From the human T2T-CHM13v2.0 reference genome, Homo sapiens, in assembly GCF_009914755.1 (NCBI RefSeq), contig NC_060926.1: a stretch of DNA of 64,000 bases. One strand, written 5' to 3'. Of the stretch, positions 1 through 12,899 are shown in pieces. A program made the translations under genes and the position numbers. The notes beneath the pieces are model-generated. The model ran no database searches. It was given only the letters and a program-made list of their open reading frames with translations, and was not told the DNA's origin. Positions within the stretch are counted from its first letter, which is position 1, and every line of letters starts with the position of its first letter.

Positions 1-365
1 AAAAATAATAATTACTGGAAGAAATATAAAAATTAATCATTACAGTGAAAATTATTAACACACAATTCTCAGTAATTGATGGAGAAGTGAGATAAAAATG
101 ATCAGGGAGAGAATATTTGAAATAAACTTGCGATTTATATATGATACTACATCTATAAACTTCTGACTATGCATTTTTATTTCACATTCACACAGAAAAT
201 GTAGAAAGATTAGTCATATACTTCTGGGCCATAAAGTAGTGTTAGTACATTTCAAAAGTTTTAAATTCATACAGAACATTTTCTGACCTCATGGGAATTA
301 AGTCAGGAAGCACTAAGAACAACAAAAATCAGAAAATCCTCCAATGTTCAAAAATTAACCAAGAG
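1..365 (+). mobile_element. Ancient L1M ORF2 endonuclease-region relic (runs off window start)
   Basis: Degenerate match to L1 ORF2 EN region, e.g. ctgggccataaa...acatttcaaaag...attttctgacc; no intact ORF. Confidence 0.6.
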
Positions 366-774
366 GAGACTTCTAGGAACTAATGTGCCCTGAACACAAT
401 GTATGATTAACTGAATTCTGTCCAAATGAGAAGGAAAAAGAGAGGGCAAGTAGGGAAACAACAAGGTATACATTTCTCAAAGTGGTTACAACATTGGTGA
501 GAGATACAATGAAAAATGAAGGATAAATTCTGCTCCCCAAAACTTTTTTTGTATTTCAGATTGTGTGCTTTCTTTGCTTTGCTTTTTTCCCCCTTAACTT
601 CCATGATTTTAAAAAAAACCGCTTTACTTTGAGTTTTCTATTTTTAAATTTTGTGGGTACATAGTAAGTGTCTGCATAAAGGCAGGATAGCTATGAGAAG
701 TGTCATCTTACTTGATCGCTACATTTTTCATGTGGCATCAATGCCCACTTATGTGGCAGATACCATATAAGAAC

Positions 775-1160
775 TATATTAGGCCATTCTCCCATTGATA
801 TAAAGAAATATCTAAGACTAAAAAATTTATAAAGAAAAGAGGTTTAATTGGCTCACAGTTCTGCAGGCTGTACAGGAAGCATAGTGGGTTCTGCTTCTGG
901 GGAGGCCTCAGGAAGCTTCCAATCATGGCAGAAGGCAAAGGGGAAGCAATGTCTTACATTGTGGGAACAGGAGCAAGAGAGGGAGGAGGAGTGCCGCACA
1001 CTTAAAAAACCAGATCTCACTAGAACTCACTAACTACCGTGAGGACAGTACCAAGGACAAAATTTGCCATGATCCACTTACCTCCCGCCAGGCCCCACCT
1101 CCAACATTGGGGATTACAGTTCAACATGAGATTTGGTGGAGACACATCCAAATCATATCA
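775..1160 (-). mobile_element. MaLR solo LTR, MSTA/MSTB-like
   Basis: Reverse complement of MST consensus (aaagaggtttaattggctcacagttctgcaggctgtacaggaagcat ... ccccacctccaacattggggattac ... aatcatatca); 5-bp TSD agaac/aggac. Confidence 0.9.
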
Positions 1161-1743
1161 AGGACTTTTTCCCTCCTTTGATATTTTACCAATGGGGACC
1201 TCAGCCCATAGACTTGATGCCTCCTTTAGGAGACCAATTATGATTTCTCTCAATCCCTAGATCCCCACAGTCTACCATACCTAGACATTCTCTGTTTCCT
1301 CCCATTAAGTGGCCTTTGTGGGTGAACTCTCTCCCAAAATGACTAAAAGTGGTTCCTTAATTGAGAGCCACATCTAGCCCATGGGAGATAGGCCCTGGAC
1401 CTCTCCTGTTAGGGGAAAAAAGCATACTTTCGTAATATCTCTCTAGTCTGCCACCAGCTGCTGCACTAGCCACACCTTTCTCTCATACTTTCACAGGTGA
1501 GATTCAGATATATTCCCAGGATTCCCAAATCCTGGGGACTCTTACACTTTTCAGATTATTCTCTGAAGTCTCTTGATTTGTTGAAGAGGGAGGAAATACC
1601 TCAGCTCTCTGATAACGCTTTTTATGTAATTTCTCCTCTTTCCTGACCCACTTCTATGAATCTAGAATTACCTAAAATGTGATTAGACAAGCTACATGCT
1701 GCAAAACTGCTTTTGGAATTTGTTAACATGCCGTAATAAGATG

Positions 1744-1815
1744 TTAGGTTGGTGCAATAGGAATTGCAGTTTTTGCCATTAAAAGTAATGAACAATTCCT
1801 TTAGCACTAACAATA
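1744..1815. mobile_element. MADE1 (Hsmar1-derived MITE), right TIR partly deleted
   Basis: ttaggttggtgcaataggaattgcagtttttgccatt-aaaagt-aatg...caattcctttagcactaac matches the MADE1 TIR-spacer-TIR layout. Confidence 0.85.
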
Positions 1816-2230
1816 ATTTAGCACCTAAAAGTCAAGCATTTAGAAGTCTGAAATTCTGAGGCAGCAGAAAATAACAGTTACTTTCCAGGTAATGTGAAAC
1901 ACACACATATGCAAGTATGTTCACAGGCCATACATGCAAATTTTAATGCTATTACATAAACACATAGGTAGGCATATATTTCATATGCTACAACATTTAT
2001 ATACATATATAAAAACTTAAGACACAGGCATGCACATTTAGTTAACAAGCCAATACGATATTTGAGTGTTTCTGGGTAATATATCAGTGTATCTCACAAG
2101 CTACTAAACTGGTTAATTAAACATTAGATAGCTATTTTCACTATAAAGATGGAAAACGGCTACTCTGTTATTCTGCCTGACTCCTGAGTTGAGGAGAATA
2201 GAGTTTAAATTTAAAAACTTGCAAATCGTA

Positions 2231-2532
<302 letters not shown>

Positions 2533-2869
2533 AAAAACATGCAAATGCAGTTGATATAAGGATCATTTTGTAAGGGCATGATATTAATTTTAAAACATCG
2601 ATATTGATTGACAGAGAAAGTATACAATTTAAGAAATTTGGATTTAGCCATCATAAAATTGAGTCAGTTACTTTGTTTTCCAAGCAATATATTTTCACTG
2701 GAAAAAATTGAGCCCACCATTCAACCACTGGGCATATGTTGATTTAGGCATATAGTCTCTGACTTATATAAAACTAAATATAATACAAACCAGAAGCCCA
2801 ACCCCCAAATTATAAATAGTACCGTATGCACAGATGGAATAAAGAAGTCCCAAGATTTTCTAAATTCTT

Positions 2870-2902
2870 CATTTGATCTTAGCCAAAAGGCCGAGAAGCG
2901 AT
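2870..2902 (-). pseudogene. 3'-truncated, tailless U2 snRNA retropseudogene (U2 nt 1-33)
   Basis: Minus strand reads ATCGCTTCTCGGCCTTTTGGCTAAGATCAAATG, the U2 5' end with one mismatch; perfect 18-bp direct repeats aagattttctaaattctt at 2852-2869 and 2903-2920. Confidence 0.92.
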
Positions 2903-3049
2903 AAGATTTTCTAAATTCTTAAACTGATTTTGTCTTGAACTTTCCATCGAGATCTGAGAAAAGATAAGGTTAATAGTAAACAAACAAAAAGTAAAGCCAA
3001 TCTAAGATAACAATATAACAAGAATTCTTCAATACTAGAAAAAAAATAA

Positions 3050-3600
3050 ATAATGGATACCATATAAGGAAAATGCTCAGCTTCATTAGAAATTAAAAAA
3101 TAACAAAAATCAAATTTAAAGTACTATATATATATGTATATATGTGTATATATATATAGTTGAAGTGCTATATACACAGCACTTTAAAGTCTAATAAATA
3201 CCCTCCTTAACCTACAAATTAGCCATCAGGACAAAAGTAGGCTGAGATGATCACTTTGATACACTGCTTACAAGAGCATAAATTTGTGTAATCTTTGAAT
3301 AGCAATTTTACAATCACAGACCTCAGAATGCTTCATTGCCTCTGCCCTAGTAACTTTTACATCCAACATGAGAAAATAATTCAAGTGAAACATAATGAAT
3401 AACAGCATTATGTTGTTGTTTGTAATAGTAAAACAATGAAAGTGTCCAACAAGAACAGAATGCTTACTTTAATTGTTGTACTTGCATTATGAATGTTAAT
3501 CAACCATTAAAAATTATGTTTATTCAGGGGTAGTTAGAATATGAGAAAGTACTTTTGATGAAATTAATAATACAGGTAAAATTATATAAAACTATGATCC
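3050..3600 (+). mobile_element. Old L1M 3' relic
   Basis: Degenerate L1 3' motifs (aaaatgctcagcttcatta; ttgtttgtaatagtaaaac...aagtgtccaacaa). Confidence 0.45.
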
Positions 3601-3940
3601 CAGCTATAAGCAAATATCTCCCTTAACTTCTGGCAGAAACAATACAGAACATTTCTAAAGGAAGATATTCCCAATTCAGACCCATTGGCTCTCCTATTGA
3701 TGAATTCAATAAAATATGAACTAAAAAGAGTTGAAAAATGCAGGAGATAACCAGTTACTATCTGTCAGAGTCAGAAACAGCAAAAGATTTCGATTCTTAA
3801 GAACTATCAAATACAATAACTGACCTATATAAAGGGTAAAAATTATCTTTAGTATCTTTGAAGAAACAATAGAGGAAAGAAATGATGGCTAACAAATAAC
3901 GATCCATTGAAAATAATTATTTTAAGTTGAAAACACAAAC

Positions 3941-4387
3941 TGTAGGGTCCTCTAGTCCTCCCCACTTTCTTTCTGTGTCCTAAGAAACACAGAATGCCTT
4001 AAGCACTGTGTGACCCTGCCAGCTGCCTCTTTTTCCTGTCAGGCTTAACCTGAGCTGGGACCTTGAACATTCCCAGACACTGATAAAGATGTTTAGGATG
4101 TGGATCAAAACACTTAAAGAAACCGGCCTGTGCCCTGAGCCAAGTTCTTTAAGCTTGCATATAAACTTCACACCCTGATGCCATTGCTGCAGACATACTG
4201 AGGAAGAGCATCCCTTTCTCTCTGTCTGCCTAAATATATGCTGCAGTACTTTGCGAGGTCATCTAACACTTGCTTTGGACTGGTCACCCTGCAGTGCAGT
4301 TTACTGCTTCTTTCTTTGGAATCCCAAAGAACTCCCTTGTGAGAACTTTATTGCTGCAGCATTTGGAGCAACTCAGTTGGGGTTCAG
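3941..4387 (+). mobile_element. ERV solo LTR (LTR47-like; family uncertain)
   Basis: Begins TG, GC-richer than flanks, catataaa TATA-like box near 4160, tgctttggactggtcaccctg...cttctttctttggaatccc motif. Confidence 0.55.
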
Positions 4388-4610
4388 CTAAAATAAGAGA
4401 ATCAAATAGAATCTCTAGAATAAAAATATGTATGATACACACACACAGACACACACACACAAAGACCATTGTATATAATGAACAATAGAACTGAATGAAT
4501 ATTTAAATATTGCTAAATAATTGATAAACCAAGGGACAGAGCTGAATGGTAGATACCATTTTTTTTTCCTCAGGGTAAAACTTTATTTCTAACAACCTAC
4601 ATTCTTTATA

Positions 4611-5209
4611 CAGTAAGTCTTCACTTAATGTTGATAGGTTAGTGGAAACTTGAAGGGCAAAAGCCAGCTTTATGACAGGCTAATTGATATAACAAGAGTT
4701 ATGTTCCTATGGCATATTTATGGTCAGAAAATCATCACCAACTTGTAAATAATGACCAAATCACTTCTGATATTAAATCTCAACATAAATGTGAGCTATA
4801 CATGTATTTAAGAAAGATGAATAAAAGTATCAGTATAAGCACATAAGGTAATGATTTACCTGCTTATTCCAGTTTAGGGTTGCAGGTGGCCTGAGCTTCT
4901 CCCTGCAGCTTAGGACACCAGACAGGAAACAACCATCCCTACACAGGTAGTATCACCAGGTGTACTCACTGACCCCCCGCACTCACTCTGACTGGGACCA
5001 TTAGATGAACTGAATGTGCATAACTTTGGAATGTCAGGGAGACCTGGGTACCCAGAAAAAAACCCATCCAGACCTGGGGAAAACATGTAGACTCTACCCA
5101 GACAGTGAACCCCAGTGGGAATATATATGTATATATATATTCTTTTTTTCTCATCAACGTTATAAGGAAACAATGTTGAATGAAATGACTGTTATTCAAA
5201 GACCTGCTG
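4611..5209 (-). mobile_element. MER6A (TcMar-Tigger non-autonomous DNA transposon)
   Basis: Termini cagtaagtcttcacttaa / ttattcaaagacctgctg, TA target duplications at 4609-4610 and 5210-5211, 599 bp. Confidence 0.85.
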
Positions 5210-5854
5210 TACCTAAATCTGCAAACAGAGAATTGAATTTTGCAAACATTCAATCAAGCAGGATTGGCTACCTCTGGAATCAACTGAATATATTCTGAAA
5301 TACTCCTTTCTTTGTTCCTGATGATCTTATTTCAGAACTTCTCCTACTCACGTGCTGTGGACAGAACTGATATGATATGATAGCTGTTCTATTTATATTG
5401 GTGATCTACACTAATGTAGTCTCATTGCTTGGAACCTTGCTTTGAGCCATCATAAACGTCCAAATTGCTTCCATCAAAGGATGCCTTTAGAGGACTTCAT
5501 TGTGACCGCTACATAGAATGTGAAAGTTCACAAATATTATCCTTGTAAACCCCTAGCATTATGGGGTTGGAATATATGTAACAGGTCTGTAGTGTAAGCA
5601 GCCACCTTGCATCCAGCAGTTTTGGTTGTTGTTTGGAAATGCAGATCTGCAAAAGACATAACAAGAACTTCAGTTTTTTTTTATGTGTTCTATAGAATCA
5701 TTGAATGAAATATTCAAATGATTTAGAAGAGTCTTGACAAATGATATTAACCTTTCAAAAATATTTTTTGAACTAATGAATAGCACCTTCTGAGCCTAAA
5801 GACAGTATTAATTCAGACTTTGATAATGAAAAAATATATATATAATAGAATAAA

Positions 5855-6045
5855 AAGTCGACATTTATTGAGTGTATCCTGTGTGCCAAGAACTGTGACA
5901 TTTGTTCTACAAATGTTGTTTTATTTTAACTCCACTATGACCTTAAAACTAATACTATTTTATAAATAAGAAAATCAGGTCTTAGAGGTTAATAATACAA
6001 TAAGTCACAAAAAGAACTGGAGTTCATGACTTCAATACAGGATTA
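5855..6045 (-). mobile_element. MIR SINE relic
   Basis: acatttattgagtg...tgtgtgcca...aataagaaaatcaggtcttagaggtt. Confidence 0.55.
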
Positions 6046-6329
6046 TGAGATGTTATAGCTTATGTCTCCTCTTATATAATAAATGTACCTACAATTTTAA
6101 TACAATTCATAAGCCCTTTATAATCATCTTTTTAAAAACTTAAAAATACAGTGTATTTCATTTTTTCCTTATCTTTTTGCATTTTACGATCAAATTTAAT
6201 TTGCTTATGAAAACTTCAGATACTAGAAAAAGGGGAAATACATTCCAACTGATCTGAAGACTTTGGTGTAGTAGTTATGCCAAATCAGTGATTACAGTAA
6301 GATAAAATTGTACATCAATCTAAGCATAT

Positions 6330-6770
6330 ACATAGAAAATTCTAAACAAAATATAATACTGTATTTATATTAAAAAATCAAGTTGAATTTATCTGAGAAA
6401 TTCAACGATGATTTTACATGAGCAAAACTAAAACTAAAACCCATATAATCATCTACATAAATGCACAACAATGATTTAGTAAATGTCAACTTTAATTTGG
6501 GACAAAAATTCAAGAAAATCTAGGCAAATCATGAAGTCTTCTTAATCTGATAAAAATGATACTTAGAAAATCAACTTTGAGTAAGCATTATTCTAAATAG
6601 AAAATAACACAATATTACATTTAGAAACAGGAACCAATCAAGGTGCTCCCAAATCTACTTTTATTCCATATTTTACAGGATATTCTGGCCATTATATTAA
6701 GGCAAAAATTAATTCAAGGAATAACTTTATTAAAAGAAAAAATAAAATTATTACCTACAATGTGATTTTA
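6330..6770 (+). mobile_element. Old L1M ORF2 RT-region relic
   Basis: Degenerate match (aagttgaatttatc...atataatcatct...aaatgca; caggaaccaatcaagg). Confidence 0.5.
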
Positions 6771-7709
6771 AAATACCAAAGTTTTGAACAAGAAATTCTG
6801 TTGCTGGGATTCTTTTCCCTAGGTGCACTTGAATATCTGCAAATAAATATCTGATCAAAGATTATCATTTTAGCATTGCTCATAGTAGTGACAAATTGAG
6901 AAAAATATATTAATAAATTCTAATTAGTAGAGAATTTGGAAAGTAATATTGTTTTATATTGAATAAGAAAAACAAATGAAAGGATTAAATGAGCAGGTTG
7001 CTTACAAAATAATTCACACAGTATCATCTCATTATCAAATGCATTCATGTGTGTTTATGTGTGCACACATGCATGTATAAGATGGGGAATAGTTAAATAC
7101 ATTGAACAATATTAGCAGCAATTTTAACAATTAAGTAGCTCCAAATATAGTAACACAAAATGTCTCCAAGATATTAAGTCGGGAAGAAAACAAAATAAGC
7201 TTATAAAGCATGGACATAGTTATATAAGAATGTTAACTAAAAATTGCCGATATTCAGATATGCTTACATGAATTTTTATGCACAGGAAAACACTGCATCA
7301 TCACCAGTGTTTACTGCTAAAGGGATAAGGATTTGAGAGAGAATGATGTGTTTTAATAACTCTTTCCAGTATCAAAATTTATATTATTTAGTTTTATTAG
7401 CATTAAGGAAATTTAAAAAAACTAATTAAAATAAAATGTACTATATTATCTCTTACAGAATAAAATAACAGATATAGGAAAAAAGCTAAATTTTTATTGT
7501 TTTCTGGTTGAAAATACATAATTTCAAGAAGTCTTTGTTTTCCCATGAATCCAAATGCTTCCTTTCTTTAATATACCACAAAATTATTTTAACCTGTTTC
7601 CTCCACAGTTTGGCACTTCCATTTGGGATTAATCTCCTCTGTGTATGTCCTTGTTTAGCTTAAGAGGCTCCAAGGAGACTGAGAGAAAAGACTGTAACAG
7701 GCAGCTCAA

Positions 7710-8420
<711 letters not shown>

Positions 8421-8895
8421 GCAAAATGTCAAAAGACATATAAAGGTTGTTTGGATAAGTCACTATTGAACACTGTTGCAAGGGTCTTTCATATAACTAA
8501 TTTGTAGAGTCATATTTATCATAAGTAAATGCTGTATACTATTTAATTGGATGATCTTTGATAGTATGTTAATAGATGTTTAAGAATATACAGAGCAGAA
8601 ACCTAATTGTGTAAAATCTTAGTGATAGGCAAGAAAAAAGTATTAAAATTTAAGATGAGGGACAATCTACTTCTAGTAGAAATTGTCCAATAAAAAAATA
8701 TTGTAAGACAATATTCCAAAATAGAAATAGAAAGTTATCTGGGGAAAGTAGGTTATATTCCCCTGCATATTGTGAGACTACATTAAGAAATTAAGTTGAA
8801 AAGTGTTCAGTAAAATTAAAATAAAGATATTTTTAACTTGTTTTTCCTTTCTCCTTGGAAATTCAGTTGATTTCAAGCATGTGCTTAAGGAGAGA

Positions 8896-9450
8896 GGCAT
8901 TTTTTCCGTGGAGAAACCCAGAAGGCACCAGCTTAACCAAGTGATCAAGGTTAAGGTCAATGCATCACTACTTACCGACATCAAGTAACTCCTATTGGAC
9001 ACACTAAGAAAGGCACATCACTTCTGTGGTATTCCTGCCGAAAAGGCATATGCTTTTTTTCATCTAACGATGAAAAAGCATCAGACAAATCTAAATTGGA
9101 GGACATTTTGCAAAACAAAAGACCAGTTTTCGCCAAAAATGTCAAGGTCATGAAAGACAGGGAAAGATTCAGAAACTGTCACAAGTTGGAGAAAACTAGG
9201 TGGAAGCAATAATATGGAATGCTAGATTGGATCCTAAAAGAGAAAAATATATTAGTAGGTAAGTTAGTGAATACTGAATAAAGCCTGTATTTTAGTTAAT
9301 AATATGCACTCATGTTTAATTCTTAGTTTAGTTAACTGTATTGTGGCTAAATAAATGTCAAGATTACAGGAAGTGGGTGAAAAGCATATAGGAATGCCTC
9401 CTACTCTTTTTTTATGGTTTTTGTTTTCCTTTCTTCTGTAAGTCTAAAAA
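8896..9450 (+). mobile_element. L1MC (MC4/5-like) 3' end
   Basis: cttaaccaagtgatcaaggttaa; catcacttctgtggtattcctgcc; aaatgtcaaggtcatgaaagaca. Confidence 0.75.
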
Positions 9451-9539
9451 AAATTTAAGCATATGAAACCAAGAACAAAAATATGAAAAATAAACCATGT
9501 TTTACATATATACCAGTCTTATGTATACTGGGGCATTAT

Positions 9540-9985
9540 AGTAGATTATTAATTTAATGGATGCCTCCAATGAGTCATACCTTCATGTATCCATACCTTT
9601 ACACATTGACTAAGGTTTTGGCCATGGGATTTGCCTTGGCCAATGACAAATAAAAAAAAACATGAGGCAAGAACAGAATTAATGAGCACCTGAGCATCAG
9701 GACTTGCTCTTCTAGAATGCTGTTACTGCTATATTCTCCTACAGGCTAACCTGCTGGCTGGGCCAATAAAAGAAGAATAAGTCTTCCAAAGAGCAGCCAC
9801 AACTAACCACCAGAAATGTGAGTGAGACTTTTGTGGGTCATCCAGCCCCAGTCAAGCTACCAAATAACTAAAACTGTAAGAGAGACAAAAGACAAGACCA
9901 GCGGAAATACCAGCCAGATGATCCACCAGCATTGCAAAAGTATGAGCAAATAACTCATTGTTTCAAACTGTAGATATAGATGTTT
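9540..9985 (+). mobile_element. MLT1 (MaLR) LTR
   Basis: ggccatgggatttgccttggccaatg; accagaaatgtgagtgag...catccagccccagtcaagc. Confidence 0.65.
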
Positions 9986-10409
9986 TTTCTTGTGAAAACT
10001 ACTCAACTGTGTACCTACTTTGGTGTCTCTCTATGCTGAATAAAGTGAAAGTAACAAGCAATATTTTCTCTTTAAATGGGTATGCATCAGTTGTAGTCTA
10101 ACATAACTAATGTCAGAATAATGGCCATGGCCTCTTACGTAACTTGTATGCACAAGGATTTTCTATTCTCTACTTCTGTCAGAAAGAAAGTGAGTAGTAT
10201 CGCTAAGCAATGGATTACTTCTTATAGGTGTCTGTTCATGTAGGAAGAAATAGTTCATCACTGTGAATGAGAAATGGACAGTGTCTGTTTGACTATTGTC
10301 TATTTGTACTGACAGATGCTCTACTTTATTCAGTACAAACATCTAGCTATAAAAGGAATGGTAATTTAATGGAATATTCAAAGCTGTTGCTTAAAGATGT
10401 GACCTTTTA

Positions 10410-10826
<417 letters not shown>

Positions 10827-11349
10827 CTACCTAAAAGTGTTTCTGAAGTTTCAGTCTCTTCTTACAATTGTTGTGCAAAATGCTTCTGGCAGGCTCTGAT
10901 TCAAGGTAATAATGATGTTTCTGAAAGGAAGCAGAGATAGCTCCTATCTTCTGAGTACAACTTTAAGGTATTCTTATTGTTGCTCTTTTAACCCCATGCC
11001 TTTATTGATCAATGTCAGTCTTCATTAGATCCTCTTTGCCAGGAACTCTTGGATTCCCCTGAAGCCCACAGCACAAGAAGAAGATCGCAGGTGCTTCTGT
11101 CATCAGTCATTCTGTCTTCTCCTAAGGACACAGATAATTAGACATTGGACACTTCCCTGAGACGTTCTTAATATATATTTTTTAATTACCAACTACTCTT
11201 CTTCCTTTCCTTTTAAATGTGTTTTTGCTTTGAGGAATGCTGCCATGCTGATATAGATAATGAATTGTAAAGAATTTTTTTTTCAAGGTGATGTTTCAAA
11301 TGCTTCACTCTTTTGATAAAAAAATTGTTTGATAAAAATGTAAAAAGAA

Positions 11350-12760
11350 TAGAAGTGAAAAATAAATTCATAATTATTCACAGATGATATATTATATATT
11401 AAAAATTCCAAATAATCTATTGATACATTATAAAGATGAGAATTTATCAAAAGTCTTAAGTGCAATATTAATATACATAAATATATCAATAGTATTTACT
11501 ATAAACTGTCAACAACAATTTGGAAAATGCAATGCTAGATGATGCCATTTATAATAGCTTCAAAGATTATCAAATGCAAAGCTACAATGAAACACTATTA
11601 CATAAACATTAGCATTTAGAAAAATATAAACATCAAATGTTGTTAAAGGTTAGGAACAACCAGAACTCTCATACATTTTTGGTTGGAGATAGAGTGTCAG
11701 AACTAATTGGGAAATAGTTTCAGGAAAGTCTTGTAAACTTAAATAGTCATCTTCTCCATTCCCTAGTCTATCCACTTTTGAATACTTATCCAACAAAAAT
11801 GAAAATATACGTCCACACAAAGACTTAGACTAGAATATTCATATCAACTTAATTCATCATAGAACACAATGGAAAACTACCCAATATATTATAAACAGGA
11901 GAAAGGATAAACAAACAACAATTATTAATACAGTGGAATAGTTGGAATAGTGCTATGTAATGAAAATGAAGGAGGTATTTGTAACCATGATGATATGAAT
12001 AAAAACAGCAGATATAACCAAACCAAAAGATTCCAGGAAGAAATGTGCCTACTGCATGAATGAGTCCATTTATATATAATATGGAAAATTAATCTGTGGA
12101 TTAACTGAGAAGAGGCAGGGATAAATTTCTGGGGTAATGGAAATATTCTATATCTTGGTAGAATTATTTTTATACTAGTAAATGTAAAATTTATCTTAAA
12201 AAGGAGATGGCTAAAAAATCTTTGAACTCTAATTAGTAAATAATAGATTTTCTTTACAGAGTGGTATCAATTAGAAATTTTGAAACCCATGTTTTCTATA
12301 AATTTTATTTGATTCAATGAGGAAATATATTAAGGATAGAAGATAGGATTTAACTGTTGGAAAAGAGAGTTACACATATGGAAGGAGAAAGCATACATAA
12401 TATATTTCCTTTTGCTCATAAATATTATTTTTCACTACAGGCAACCAAGGTTCTTTGGAGAAATGACTGATTCTAGGATGGAGCAGAGAAAATATAGAGC
12501 CTAGAACCCTAGTTTTACACTAGAAGCTAAGGACAGTCTCAAAGAGTAATGAGCTGTTTCAGAGGACTCAGGAACCAGCCTGAAATATTTTTCACTGACT
12601 ACATCTGGGAAAATTTGAGTTTCAAAATAAATAATGATACAAATGGATTGTAATTTTTTGATGAATTAACAATGCATAAATTCATATCAATGAAGGAAGG
12701 AGAAAAGAAAGGATAGAAAGGAAAAAAAAAGAAAGAAAGAAAAGGGTGACAGTAAATGCC
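11350..12760 (+). mobile_element. Old L1ME/L1MC fragments (ORF2 end and 3' UTR)
   Basis: attattcacagatgatat (FADD-region relic); ggggtaatggaaatattctatatcttg; ttctttggagaaatgactgattctagg. Confidence 0.65.
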
Positions 12761-12815
12761 ATCTTGGCAGTGAAAAGTTTGGAGGAAACTACTTTGTCCA
12801 AACAATCTAAGTTAG

Positions 12816-12898
12816 TCATATAAGAGTTAAAAAGAAATTATCTAGGCAGTCAGTGAAGGTAAGAGAGACCTCGGTAAGGTTTTCCTTTTAATGAAAAG
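12816..12898 (+). mobile_element. 5' 83-bp fragment of an ERV1 LTR (MER50-like)
   Basis: gagttaaaaagaaattatctaggcag...cctcggtaaggttttccttttaatgaaaag, then an abrupt switch to L1 sequence. Confidence 0.6.
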
Positions 12899-12899
12899 A

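Noticed and set aside
3115-3190. Small palindromes around a (TA)n run
   Set aside because: Mostly self-complementary TA repeat; the arms are short and imperfect.
10159-10195. Possible 7-nt microexon (pyrimidine tract-AG AAAGAAA GTGAGT)
   Set aside because: Not frame-preserving, no host gene evident, and plausible by chance in 64 kb.
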